A stretch of 50,470 nucleotides of DNA from a virus. Its lineage: Duplodnaviria > Caudoviricetes. The number at the start of each line of letters is the position of its first letter. Position 1 is the stretch's first letter. Below, piece after piece: positions 8,369 through 17,173 of the stretch. The stretch is taken from the IMG/VR virus record IMGVR_UViG_3300020123_000124, positions 1-50,470 of that record. One strand, written 5' to 3'. The position numbers and the translations under genes were made by a program. Below the pieces are notes generated by a model. It had not been told where the DNA came from. It saw nothing but the letters and a program-made list of their open reading frames with translations, and did no database searches.

Positions 8369-8875
8369 TTATGCGCTCAGTGGCTTGCAGGGTAATACTT
8401 GTGAGGTAATCACCAGATTTGGCTCAACAAACGCTATAGAAGTCTTGCCCGTTGCAGGGTCTATCAATTGCACCCAGTCAGCATTGGTATTTCCACCAGG
8501 ATAGAGGGCATTTGGTTCGGGGACAGACCCGCCACTACCACCTGAGTTTGGCTGTGACCACTGTGTATCATACGGCACTCCAAAGCCTTTGACTTTCCCC
8601 AGGCATCGTAAACTTCCATCATTCGCAGCAATGTAGGCATTCAGCACAAGTTGAGGATTATCACGCGCTTCATAGATTTGCTTCAACTGCAAGTATTCAT
8701 AGTAGTTTGTGATGTTAGGTGAAGCCCCCCACTTATTAGCGGCTGTATTCGCATTGTTGATAGTGGCCTGTGTTTGTCCTCCACAGGTATCTGCCATAAA
8801 TGCAACTGCTATAAGGCATAAAACAAAGGGCAAGAGGACTTTCCACACAGGGACTTCTTTCTTGAAAATTGACAC
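8369..8875 (-). CDS. Putative lipoprotein/exported protein of a conserved phage family
   Basis: SD AAGGAG with GTG 8875; signal peptide ending ADTC; motifs IYEARD, GFGVPY.TQ, PEPNALY, FVEP. Confidence 0.7.
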   Translation of the reverse strand: MSIFKKEVPVWKVLLPFVLCLIAVAFMADTCGGQTQATINNANTAANKWGASPNITNYYEYLQLKQIYEARDNPQLVLNAYIAANDGSLRCLGKVKGFGVPYDTQWSQPNSGGSGGSVPEPNALYPGGNTNADWVQLIDPATGKTSIAFVEPNLVITSQVLPCKPLSA

Positions 8876-8886
8876 GGTATTTCTCC

Positions 8887-9240
8887 TTACGGATGGGTTA
8901 CATCCTGAATAGCCTGATTGACACAAGATCGTGTCGTATCGGGCATCTGAATTTTAGTGAGATCAACGGTAGAGGCAACTTGATAGATATCTTGTTCTAT
9001 CGCTTTTTTGGTTGTCGTATCCTTGGCTTGTGCTAACTGTAAACAATCATCGCTGAACTTCTGAGCTACAGCATTGGTATGTTGTGCTGAGTTATTAAAG
9101 AGGTTATAATCTAGCTGGTTAAATGCTGGCCCTAAAATGTTGACCCAGGCAAGCACTAAAGCACCAATGAGTAAGCAAGCAACGAAGCCATAGATAATCC
9201 ATTTTAGCCAATATGCCAGTTCTACTTCATCTTCTCCCAT
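8887..9240 (-). CDS. Single-TM membrane protein, partner of the downstream lipoprotein
   Basis: TM helix followed by helical domain; SD GAAAGGA. Confidence 0.75.
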   Translation of the reverse strand: MGEDEVELAYWLKWIIYGFVACLLIGALVLAWVNILGPAFNQLDYNLFNNSAQHTNAVAQKFSDDCLQLAQAKDTTTKKAIEQDIYQVASTVDLTKIQMPDTTRSCVNQAIQDVTHP

Positions 9241-9254
9241 GACTATTTTCCTTT

Positions 9255-9356
9255 CTACACAAGTAATATCAGCAGGCCGAGTACCGCGAAGACGATGATC
9301 CCCACAAAGACGGCGAACGCGGCAAGCCTGAGCATGAGCCAGAGCACACGTATCAT
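9255..9356 (-). CDS. 33-aa single-TM peptide (absent from ORF track)
   Basis: MIRVLWLMLRLAAFAVFVGIIVFAVLGLLILLV; SD GAGGT; ATGA coupling. Confidence 0.6.
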   Translation of the reverse strand: MIRVLWLMLRLAAFAVFVGIIVFAVLGLLILLV

Positions 9357-9763
9357 GCTGATACCTCTATCAATCCTTTCACGATGCATGTCTCAACGAA
9401 AATACACATATTCTTATGGCCTTGCTCTGCCTCTTGTCGGGTGGCATAGCGTTTCTGGATGTCGATACCGCCAAAGAAGGTGCTAAAAATGCTCCTGTCA
9501 TCGGTCTCTGAAATCTCTAAAAGTCTTTCTATGACTTCATCAGAAGCAAACACCATCGTCTCATACAGCATCACATTGTCATTGCCGATCTCTTTACTGA
9601 TGTGAGCCGAAGCAAGAAAGATGGTAGATATCCACATATCTCCGAAATGATCATTCCCGATATGCCTTTCGTCATGTCGCTCTGCTCTCTCAAACCACAC
9701 GGCCCATTTCAGATAATCAGGTTCAAGGATTGGGTTTCCTTGGCTATCCAATATATAATTCAC
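9353..9763 (-). CDS. Conserved phage hypothetical protein
   Basis: Motifs ISTIFL, LYETMVF, RYAT..EAEQGH; GTG start coupled to upstream stop. Confidence 0.7.
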   Translation of the reverse strand: MNYILDSQGNPILEPDYLKWAVWFERAERHDERHIGNDHFGDMWISTIFLASAHISKEIGNDNVMLYETMVFASDEVIERLLEISETDDRSIFSTFFGGIDIQKRYATRQEAEQGHKNMCIFVETCIVKGLIEVSA

Positions 9764-9915
9764 TTCTTCTGTACCTCCTTCAGCACGCCTTCCCAATCAA
9801 CGAACGGCTCCGGCTCCCTCGGCGCGATAGGGCAACGATGCCACAGGCCGTGTACACTCAGGCCCAGGATGAAAAACACCAGGGCAGTCAGGCACAGGGC
9901 CATCAGATCAAACAT
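9760..9915 (-). CDS. 51-aa single-TM peptide (absent from ORF track)
   Basis: MFDLMALCLTALVFFILGLSVHGLW...; SD GAGGT. Confidence 0.6.
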   Translation of the reverse strand: MFDLMALCLTALVFFILGLSVHGLWHRCPIAPREPEPFVDWEGVLKEVQKK

Positions 9916-9929
9916 ACTGCACCTCTTTC

Positions 9930-10751
9930 TTACAAATTCGCTCTGTAGTCATCACCAGACATGTCAACGGCAATCTGGCCAATAGACAAGCGCGAGCATG
10001 CCGCGCCACCGACGAACACCGCCAGCTCGCTTACACGGTTCGTCGAGAGTGCAATCGGTAAGCCTCTGTTCACACGCTCATTGATAATCTGGAAGTAGAC
10101 ATCTTGCCTGAACTCGTTTGACTTTGCCTTATCTACATCATCCAAGACAAGGAGAGGCGTAAAGATGGCCTTGTGGATAAATTGTGCATACGGTTCGTTA
10201 TGCGCGATACGGTCTTGAATGGCAAAGAACAATTTCGGCATGGTCACAAACCTGGATGCCTTGCCATTGAAGCGCAACGTGTTGACGATAGCGGCGAGCA
10301 AGTGCGTCTTGCCAGTGCCGAAATCCTCAGAGTGTAGGATGAGCGAACCATGCATATCCTGCATCCATTCCTGCACCGTTGCAAAGGCTTCATCCTGATA
10401 GCCTGCCTCGAAGTTACCGAACGCCTTATCAACAAGAGATGCGTCTGACCAGTGCTCGCCAAGCCATTCATAATTCTCTTTGATCTGAGAGACCATGAAA
10501 GCAAGTCTTTCTTTGGCTTGCTGCTTTTCCTGGTAGCGGACTTCGTAACACTGGCATGTCCCTTTAAGCCAGCGACCAGTTAAGACGACGTAGCGCGGGA
10601 TGATCGGGCCGCACTTGGCACATTCGTCATATGCCTCTTCCGGTGTCAGATAGCCGCGGCGCGTGACACCATGCGCGGGGTCTGGTACGTTGCGTCGTTC
10701 TTGCTGCATGCCTTGCTCCAAACGGGCCACAATGCTGTAGATGTTATCCAT
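9930..10751 (-). CDS. DnaC/IstB-like ATPase, helicase loader
   Basis: N-terminal Cys motifs; Walker A GTGKT; Walker B LLVLDD; STN motif; follows initiator. Confidence 0.9.
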   Translation of the reverse strand: MDNIYSIVARLEQGMQQERRNVPDPAHGVTRRGYLTPEEAYDECAKCGPIIPRYVVLTGRWLKGTCQCYEVRYQEKQQAKERLAFMVSQIKENYEWLGEHWSDASLVDKAFGNFEAGYQDEAFATVQEWMQDMHGSLILHSEDFGTGKTHLLAAIVNTLRFNGKASRFVTMPKLFFAIQDRIAHNEPYAQFIHKAIFTPLLVLDDVDKAKSNEFRQDVYFQIINERVNRGLPIALSTNRVSELAVFVGGAACSRLSIGQIAVDMSGDDYRANL

Positions 10752-12258
10752 TCGCTACAAGTCTCCTTTTCTCAGCGTTGCGCGCTTTCATGGCGTCGAT
10801 GTTGCGCTGGTTACGCTCTTCATCAATCACAAATGGCTTCGCTCCATTCGTCTTGGCTGTTGGCTGTTGTGCCTGCTTCCAGCCGCTATAACAGTTGACG
10901 CAATTACCAAGCTGCACCGCTTTGCGCTTGATACCGGCTGACTCAGCGAGGTCTTTGCGGGTATAGTCGATGAGGCTGTTCAACTGTTTGGCAGTGGTGA
11001 TAAACGGCGCGAGTTCCGTCACATGCCTATGCGCTGTCTCTGTCATCGTAGGCTTGATATCCTGATTAAACCAGACGTTGCACCACAGCGACCAGAACGC
11101 TTGCTGCTGTTCTGTGAGCAGAAAGGGCGGCGTTGGTCGTTTCGGGATGATCTTACGCTTCACCGGAGCACCCCCCTGCACAGCACCGGCACTGTTGGCG
11201 GGGGAGTCAACAGAAGAGATGCCGCTATGCTGTGCAGGTGTTTCGCCGGGTTCACCAGTGGAAGTAGCCTGGTCGCTGGTGCTCTCATCCTGGCCGTCAC
11301 CTGGGGGAGTGACGACTGAGGCGCGCATTCCAGCGCCAGGCGAGTGCTGTGAAGGACTTACCACCTGTCTTTGGTCTTGTCCGTCAGATTGCTCAGAAAG
11401 AAGCCGATTCTGGTTCCCAGGTAGAAGCCCCCTATCGTCGTGATCATCACGATCACCAATGCGGTGAGGGCTATCAACAGTTCTTGCATCGCTGTGTCCT
11501 TTCGTGGGTGTGAGCGTGAGCACAATCGGGCGCTTTGCCGTGTCCTCAAGGTCACTCTCCTCTTCGTCCAGGTCTTTCGCATAGTCACTTGCTATATGAA
11601 GACTGACGGCTTTCTGCTTACCCGTGTCCTCTTTCCATTTTTCAATGTCTGTTACATTTTCGGTGGGCATACTGCGATCTTCGTCAGAAGTCGCAGTAAT
11701 TACTTCTTGCTCTGTAGTCTTAAAAGAAAGTGTAGTCTTATCTTGTAATCTTATATTTGTATCAAAATCTGAACGCTCTCGTTCATTTTCTGAACGCTCT
11801 TTGCTAGAAGTGTTCATATTTTGAACAGTAGCGTTCATTTTCTGAACACCTGTATCATGAGACTGTTCATTTTCTGAACACCTTGAGAAGAAATCAAGAT
11901 TCAATTGCCAGATATCGGTAATGGTGATGTGGTATTGTGCTTGATCTGATTGCTTCCCACTTCTGCTCACCCTGCGCTTGATCTCTGCATGAATAAGGCC
12001 AGCATGATGCAGGTTGCGTATCATGCCAGGATTGTTTTTCTCAGGGTCTTTCGAGCCGCTTAGTGCTCCAATAGAAATACCTGTTCGATCTGAGATATAG
12101 CGTAGGGATAAATGGCGTGTCCCCTCTTTGCCACACAAATAGGCAAGATTGATAAACAGCCACTTTTCTTGTGGGTGTAAGTCCTGATAAGACTCAAAGA
12201 GTATGTTCGGTGTGCGCGTATAATACTTTGCTTCCTGCTTGATCTGCTGTGCGCTCAT
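10744..12258 (-). CDS. Phage replication initiator protein
   Basis: N-terminal wHTH (YYTRTPN..SLRYISDRTGIS); internal iterons; upstream of DnaC-like gene. Confidence 0.8.
   Translation of the reverse strand: MSAQQIKQEAKYYTRTPNILFESYQDLHPQEKWLFINLAYLCGKEGTRHLSLRYISDRTGISIGALSGSKDPEKNNPGMIRNLHHAGLIHAEIKRRVSRSGKQSDQAQYHITITDIWQLNLDFFSRCSENEQSHDTGVQKMNATVQNMNTSSKERSENERERSDFDTNIRLQDKTTLSFKTTEQEVITATSDEDRSMPTENVTDIEKWKEDTGKQKAVSLHIASDYAKDLDEEESDLEDTAKRPIVLTLTPTKGHSDARTVDSPHRIGDRDDHDDRGLLPGNQNRLLSEQSDGQDQRQVVSPSQHSPGAGMRASVVTPPGDGQDESTSDQATSTGEPGETPAQHSGISSVDSPANSAGAVQGGAPVKRKIIPKRPTPPFLLTEQQQAFWSLWCNVWFNQDIKPTMTETAHRHVTELAPFITTAKQLNSLIDYTRKDLAESAGIKRKAVQLGNCVNCYSGWKQAQQPTAKTNGAKPFVIDEERNQRNIDAMKARNAEKRRLVANG
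11358..11489 (-). CDS. Candidate nested 43-aa TM peptide in an alternative frame of the initiator gene
   Basis: AAAGGA-7 nt-ATG; MQELLIALTALVIVMITTIGGFYLG... Confidence 0.4.
   Translation of the reverse strand: MQELLIALTALVIVMITTIGGFYLGTRIGFFLSNLTDKTKDRW
11760..11879. repeat. Replication origin iterons
   Basis: GTTCATTTTCTGAAC at 11781, 11833, 11865; variant at 11812; partial near 11760; spacings 21/31/21/32; AT-rich tract adjacent. Confidence 0.85.
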
Positions 12259-12320
12259 TCTTCACCTGTCGATCTATACACTCTGGCTTGCGCCAGGAAC
12301 ATGTGTCGCTTGTTTTGCCC

Positions 12321-12965
12321 TCACGCTGGTATCTCCAATTCTCCTTGTTGTGGCATATCAGGCATGAGGAACGGTTGCACGGTCTGTAATCGAGCTCGAG
12401 CGATTGCAGCCGCATCAGGGTCTATCTCATAGGCAATGAAGTTACGATCTAATACCTTACAGGCTACAAGTGTCGTACCACCTCCTGTAAATGGCTCCCA
12501 AATGGTATCACCCGAGCTCGAGAAACAATCAATATAGTAGCGTGCCGTACTCTCATCTTGCCCCCACACATGGAAGCGTTTATCCTGCACTCCTGTAGAC
12601 CACAGACTCATCACATTGCAACGAGGTAATCCTCTTCCTTTTGAAAATGCCAGAATTGATTTATGGCGGGAAATGATTTTACGCTGCCACATGATAGGCG
12701 CATGACCCAAATTCGTTGAAACAAAGTCCCAAAAGTAATCAAGATGTTTAGACATATCCGCTAGTACCTGAGCTTTCCAGTACACGCCGGCATAGGCAAG
12801 GCAAAAACCTCCTGGTTTCAAGGCTCGCTGTGCTTCCTGCGCCAGCCATCCGTAGAGTGGTATATACTCTCTGAGGTAAGGCGGATCGGTGAAAATCAGG
12901 TCTATCGAATTGTCGGGGATGCTCGAGCTCAGAAGACGAGCATCCCCTGTGATAATCTCATTCAT
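12321..12965 (-). CDS. Orphan DNA N4/N6 methyltransferase (beta class)
   Basis: DPPY catalytic motif precedes EPFTGGGTT SAM-binding motif; start MNEIITGD. Confidence 0.9.
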   Translation of the reverse strand: MNEIITGDARLLSSSIPDNSIDLIFTDPPYLREYIPLYGWLAQEAQRALKPGGFCLAYAGVYWKAQVLADMSKHLDYFWDFVSTNLGHAPIMWQRKIISRHKSILAFSKGRGLPRCNVMSLWSTGVQDKRFHVWGQDESTARYYIDCFSSSGDTIWEPFTGGGTTLVACKVLDRNFIAYEIDPDAAAIARARLQTVQPFLMPDMPQQGELEIPA

Positions 12966-13209
12966 GCTGCACTGCCTCTGGTTCCCCTGGCAACTCTGTG
13001 ACGAGTTGCCAGGGGGTGATACCAAGCGCGTCTGCGATCTTGCAGATGGTCTCGTTGTGCGCGCCCTGGTATTTGCCCATCTCAATATTCATGATGGTGT
13101 ATTTACTCACGCCTGCAAGACGGCTTAATTGCTGCTGTGAGAGAAAGGCTGCTTTGCGCCATGCGAGTAAATGGGGTACGGGCGTCCCAGTGTTGTCAAT
13201 CTTTCTCAT
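12958..13209 (-). CDS. XRE/Cro-family HTH regulator
   Basis: LSQQQLSRLAGVSKYTIMNIEMG...KIADALG. Confidence 0.85.
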   Translation of the reverse strand: MRKIDNTGTPVPHLLAWRKAAFLSQQQLSRLAGVSKYTIMNIEMGKYQGAHNETICKIADALGITPWQLVTELPGEPEAVQHE

Positions 13210-13212
13210 GCG

Positions 13213-13446
13213 CTATCCTCCCTGATGCGTGCCGAAAAATTTGGTAATGATTCGTCGCACTTCCGCGACCGTCTGGTAATGGTAGTTGAAGTGGAACTCC
13301 GCACCTTCCAGCGTCCCGGAAGCCGTTCCTACAAAGCGGCTTGTCGCGCTCTCTTCAACCGTTACCGGGATGCCGCTTTGTGCAAAGATCGTGCTTACAT
13401 CCTCACCCCATGCGAGAACATACTTCTCTTTCTCTTCTTCATTCAT
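13213..13446 (-). CDS. Hypothetical protein
   Basis: ORF in leftward operon; ATGA coupling. Confidence 0.6.
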   Translation of the reverse strand: MNEEEKEKYVLAWGEDVSTIFAQSGIPVTVEESATSRFVGTASGTLEGAEFHFNYHYQTVAEVRRIITKFFGTHQGG

Positions 13447-13598
13447 GCTCTTACCCACTTTCGCCAGAAGTCACGCCGTCGCCGGTAGCGATCTTCTAAC
13501 AGACAGGGTTGATCGAAGTCGCAGATGATGCACTCCGATACATGCTCATGCCAACGAATATCGGCACAGTGGAAGCGCCACGCGGCAAACCGTTTCAT
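13443..13598 (-). CDS. 51-aa His/Cys-rich hypothetical protein (absent from ORF track)
   Basis: SD GAGGAGG; coupled at both ends. Confidence 0.5.
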   Translation of the reverse strand: MKRFAAWRFHCADIRWHEHVSECIICDFDQPCLLEDRYRRRRDFWRKWVRA

Positions 13599-13927
13599 AA
13601 CGCCTCCTCAAGCAACGGACGTGGATCTACTTTGCCGAATGATTTGGGGATTTGTTTGCGGTTCTCGTAGCGTCTACCCATCCAATAGCCAGCCTTGCTC
13701 CGGTAGATCGTCATAGGCTCGCCATTCACCATGTAGCGTACAGCCATATCCGCTTTCTCTTTGAGTATCTCGGCACGGCGTTCTTCTTCTCGTTGCTCTT
13801 TCTCATAGCAGAGGTCACATGCCCGATTCGGGAAGATTTCTCGGCTGACTCTCGGCGGCTGCACTGGCCGCGCCTTCACACATCCGCACTTGTATGTCAC
13901 CGTCACGTACACAAGCTCAATGACCAT
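13595..13927 (-). CDS. Hypothetical Zn-binding protein with GYW..RR..FGK motif
   Basis: CGC/CxxC motifs; SD AAGGAGG. Confidence 0.7.
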   Translation of the reverse strand: MVIELVYVTVTYKCGCVKARPVQPPRVSREIFPNRACDLCYEKEQREEERRAEILKEKADMAVRYMVNGEPMTIYRSKAGYWMGRRYENRKQIPKSFGKVDPRPLLEEAL

Positions 13928-13938
13928 GTTGCGCCTCC

Positions 13939-14178
13939 TTATCCTGGCTGCTCATTGCCGAATCCTGCTTCGTAGACATTGAATACATCCGACGATTCAA
14001 AATCTGCCTTACCTTGCTCTTCCGCTTCAATCAATAATTCATAGCCGAATGTATGCCCATTTGGACATTGCATTCCAGCCCACATTTTGAGAGTGGTAGG
14101 CGTGAAGACATAGAGGTCGCTATAGTCAAACACCTTTAGGATATGAGTGCAAAATGGGCAGCGTATTGTCACTTTCAT
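13939..14178 (-). CDS. Hypothetical Zn-ribbon protein
   Basis: CPFC...CPNGH; SD GGAGG. Confidence 0.65.
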   Translation of the reverse strand: MKVTIRCPFCTHILKVFDYSDLYVFTPTTLKMWAGMQCPNGHTFGYELLIEAEEQGKADFESSDVFNVYEAGFGNEQPG

Positions 14179-14372
14179 TTGCTCACCTCCATCTGTGCTA
14201 TATCGACGTTCAGGTATATGGCCAGACCGTTATAGAGTTCCTTTTCATGCGAACTCAGATCGTCCCACTTCCTGATCGTGCTCTGTGGAAACTTCATGCC
14301 ATGCAGATACTTCTCATCGCGTAACACCTTGTTATAGGCGGCGTGAACCTGCTCGCCTGTGAGTGCAATCAT
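14175..14372 (-). CDS. Hypothetical protein
   Basis: Start MIALTG with SD AAGGAGG. Confidence 0.65.
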   Translation of the reverse strand: MIALTGEQVHAAYNKVLRDEKYLHGMKFPQSTIRKWDDLSSHEKELYNGLAIYLNVDIAQMEVSK

Positions 14373-14698
14373 GCAGCGCCTCCTTCTGGCTGTGCGCTCT
14401 GCCCATCGGCACGAACGCACATCTGCGTGAAGGCGTAGCAGGAGCTACACAGGCGTTTCAGGTCATTTTCCGATGTGATGTAGAGGTACGTCCACTGCGC
14501 TTCGCACCGCTCTCTGATTTCTTCACCGTCTTCATCTATACCCATCAGGAATTGAGACTCGCACTGCCGATCGCTGGCCTTGTGCTGGAAGTAGTGCAGG
14601 TCGCACAGCATTACCGCGCGGCTATCTGGCAACGTGAACGGGATGATGCCTCGACTCTCACACAGCGAATCAGGCCCGCCGTAACAGGTCGTAGTCAA
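14369..14698 (-). CDS. Cys-rich hypothetical protein
   Basis: SD GAGGT with TTG start; multiple Cys/His pairs. Confidence 0.6.
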   Translation of the reverse strand: MTTTCYGGPDSLCESRGIIPFTLPDSRAVMLCDLHYFQHKASDRQCESQFLMGIDEDGEEIRERCEAQWTYLYITSENDLKRLCSSCYAFTQMCVRADGQSAQPEGGAA

Positions 14699-14802
14699 AA
14701 TGCCACCTCGTTCTCGTTTATGGTAGAATGAATGTACGTATTTTTACGGTACAGTGGCACGCTATAGTAATGTATAATTGGATAGTCATAGAAATATGAC
14801 AT
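14695..14802 (-). CDS. Candidate 35-aa Tyr-rich leader ORF
   Basis: SD GAAAGGAG inside hairpin; stop overlaps next TTG start. Confidence 0.4.
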   Translation of the reverse strand: MSYFYDYPIIHYYSVPLYRKNTYIHSTINENEVAF

Positions 14803-14869
14803 CACACAACTCCTTTCGAGTTGTAACTAGGCCCTGTACACACCCCTGTTGCGTGTAATACAGCATCTG

Positions 14870-14963
14870 TGCTATACTACAAGCAAAGACAGATGGAGTG
14901 TCCAGGGTGGACACTGACGGAACCTGGAGCGCAAAGTTTTGCCGCCAAACGCTCCAGGTTTTT
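14870..14963 (+). ncRNA. Candidate small RNA (promoter plus two hairpins/terminator) convergent on the Xis-like gene
   Basis: TGCTATACT 14870-14878; GTGTCCA/TGGACAC hairpin; CCTGGAGCG/CGCTCCAGG plus TTTTT. Confidence 0.45.
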
Positions 14964-15168
14964 AATTGCCTTCTTTTTTCGGTCGCCTCTGCCTTCTTAG
15001 ATAGTCTTCAAAGTCATCAGGGTCAATGCGCCACTCTCGACCAACCTTATACCCTGTCAAAACTCCGTCACGTAACATCTTATTGACATACCGCGGGTTC
15101 GTTCTCAGAATTTTGGCGACGTCCTCGACCGTCAGCATAGGTTCCAATTGGGTGAGCTCCGCTACCAT
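14962..15168 (-). CDS. Excisionase-like HTH_17 (MerR-type wHTH) protein
   Basis: LTVEDVAKIL...G.L.GYKVGREWRI. Confidence 0.85.
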   Translation of the reverse strand: MVAELTQLEPMLTVEDVAKILRTNPRYVNKMLRDGVLTGYKVGREWRIDPDDFEDYLRRQRRPKKEGN

Positions 15169-15188
15169 GATATCTTTTCCTGAATGAT

Positions 15189-15246
15189 ACTAATAAGCAC
15201 TAAAACGAACTAAGTACAATATATCATGCTATAGATAAAATGTCAA
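15189..15246 (-). promoter_or_regulatory. Promoter with 10-bp phased repeats
   Basis: TTGACA-17 nt-TATATT; ACTAA at 15189, 15199, 15209. Confidence 0.7.
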
Positions 15247-15263
15247 GAAGCAAGCGGTATTCT

Positions 15264-15470
15264 TTATGCAATCTTTATATGTTCGTTCTTTACAACCGCC
15301 TCGCACTCGAAACGGAAGGTGAGCTGTATCTCAGGATGATACACATAGAACGCCTCTAGTTCTGCTAAGATATGTCGTCTTAGGCGATCGCGTAGAGCCA
15401 ACAAGTCCTTTTGTTGCTCTGGCGTCAACTTTTCCCAATTACTCGTACCCGCAGGATCCCATTCGTTCAT
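15264..15470 (-). CDS. Hypothetical protein, paralog of 23688-23900
   Basis: Shared W.KL..Q..D...LR...AE.EAFY..HPE. Confidence 0.7.
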   Translation of the reverse strand: MNEWDPAGTSNWEKLTPEQQKDLLALRDRLRRHILAELEAFYVYHPEIQLTFRFECEAVVKNEHIKIA

Positions 15471-15531
15471 CGTTCCCTCTTTTCAGCAGAAATGCCTATC
15501 CATTGTACACCGCCCGACCATTGAGAAATCT

Positions 15532-15771
15532 TCACCGATTTGGTTGAGAAACGATATCATGAAACTGTAGCTGCTTTATCTCTTCAACAATGTCATTGAG
15601 CGTTGCAAACTCCCGCTCCAGCAGTTCTCTATTCTTTGCATTGGCTGCTCGCATACGTGCAAGATCAGCCTTCGTGTGTTTGTACCGGGGCGCATTGCGC
15701 GGGCGAGCAATCTTTACTTCGAGCGTATAGCACTCTTTCCATTGCCGTATCGTGAAAATATCAAAATACAA
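15532..15771 (-). CDS. Hypothetical protein
   Basis: 79-aa ORF, start uncertain. Confidence 0.45.
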   Translation of the reverse strand: MYFDIFTIRQWKECYTLEVKIARPRNAPRYKHTKADLARMRAANAKNRELLEREFATLNDIVEEIKQLQFHDIVSQPNR

Positions 15772-15907
15772 TTTTTACATTCTTCACTTTCTCACGTCTC
15801 TTATAGTGTATACTGTTTGTAGGCATCTCGTAGCGCATCCTCGTACCTCTTCCCTTTGTGTTGCCCTGGCGTCCGTGTACCATTTTGCATAGTGCTGGAA
15901 CGTGTAT

Positions 15908-16891
15908 ATGGATGCCAGTTGGCAACGCTGCCTCGATGCATTTCTCGACTCCATCGAAGACATTTCTGGCTCTCAGAGGAGCCGCGCCCGCTATGCCTAC
16001 ATCCTGGCATCATTCTTCACTGATCCAGAGCGTAACCCTGATACGTATACTCATACAGAAGTACAGTCATTTCTCAACGCCAAAAGTACCAGTCCTCGCA
16101 ATCGAGGCCGCGACATCTCCCCCAACACGAAAAATAACCGGCTCATGGTGCTCAACTCATTCTACAAGTTTGCCGCCACCTATCAGATCAATGGCGATGC
16201 GCTCTTGCAAACCAAACCGCCGACTTATGGCCTGAAATATCTCAAGATCAGAAGCAACCCTCATGCGCTCTCCGCCCAAGAAATCGAACGCTTCTTTGCT
16301 GCTATCCCTCATGATACCATCAAAGGCGTGCGTGATCATGCGCTCTTTCTAACCTATTTCCTGACGGCCAAACGAAGAGCCGAAATCATCTCCCTCACCG
16401 TGTCCGATATCCAGGAGGCAACGCTCATTGATCGAGCAGGCGAACGTTACCAGGGTCATCTCTTCCAGTACCATGCAAAGGGCCGCTCACGTATCCTCGA
16501 GACGCACGAACTACCACCACTGGCCTATGATGCTATCCTGCGCTACTGGCGGGCGTCTGGCCGCTTTGATACATTGCAGCCGACCGATCCGGTGTTCACT
16601 TCAACCAGGCCAGATCAGCTCAACCAGATGCTGACCGGCGACTACGCCAACGCACTGTATAAAGACTACAATACGAAAGCAGGATTGGACTCGCGCTATA
16701 GTCTGCACTCGCTTCGACATGCTTCCGCACGCCAACGCTACGAACTCGGCTCTGATATTAGAGCCATACAAGAGACGCTCGACCACACATCGCTCACAAC
16801 CACATCACTGTACCTGAAATCGCTGACGGTGAACCACGATAGCGGAGCCGACTTACTCACGAAACGGTTCGGCCATCTCGGTCATTTCTAG
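15908..16891 (+). CDS. Tyrosine recombinase/integrase (XerC/D-like architecture)
   Basis: Catalytic residues R (KRRAE), HSLRH, H and Y (LDHTSLTTTSLY); core-binding N-domain. Confidence 0.9.
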   Translation: MDASWQRCLDAFLDSIEDISGSQRSRARYAYILASFFTDPERNPDTYTHTEVQSFLNAKSTSPRNRGRDISPNTKNNRLMVLNSFYKFAATYQINGDALLQTKPPTYGLKYLKIRSNPHALSAQEIERFFAAIPHDTIKGVRDHALFLTYFLTAKRRAEIISLTVSDIQEATLIDRAGERYQGHLFQYHAKGRSRILETHELPPLAYDAILRYWRASGRFDTLQPTDPVFTSTRPDQLNQMLTGDYANALYKDYNTKAGLDSRYSLHSLRHASARQRYELGSDIRAIQETLDHTSLTTTSLYLKSLTVNHDSGADLLTKRFGHLGHF

Positions 16892-16900
16892 CAATCTGGA

Positions 16901-17170
16901 TTAGACGCCGTTAGACTTCCTACGGAATGCAATAGCGAGATTTCTGTTGAGAACTGTAATAGACAGCCAATCTAACTCTTCATCGGTGAAATTAATTTCA
17001 ATATTTCCACTCGGATAAATTCTATCTACCTTACATGAATACCAACCAGTTCCAGGTAATAGGTTTGCTCCCTGTTCTACTCCCATAACGTGATATTCAA
17101 TTTCTTCATCGTCTTCTAGTGCCTTGCGTATTTCATCTAAATTCATACTAATCTCCATGTAACTGCGCAC
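16901..17170 (-). CDS. Hypothetical protein (AT-rich)
   Basis: 89-aa ORF. Confidence 0.6.
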   Translation of the reverse strand: MRSYMEISMNLDEIRKALEDDEEIEYHVMGVEQGANLLPGTGWYSCKVDRIYPSGNIEINFTDEELDWLSITVLNRNLAIAFRRKSNGV

Positions 17171-17173
17171 ATG

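Noticed and set aside
11760-11879. CRISPR array
   Set aside because: Repeats are 15 bp with 6-17 bp gaps inside the initiator gene; typical iterons; no cas genes
12321-12965. Restriction-modification system
   Set aside because: No adjacent restriction endonuclease; orphan methyltransferases are common in phages
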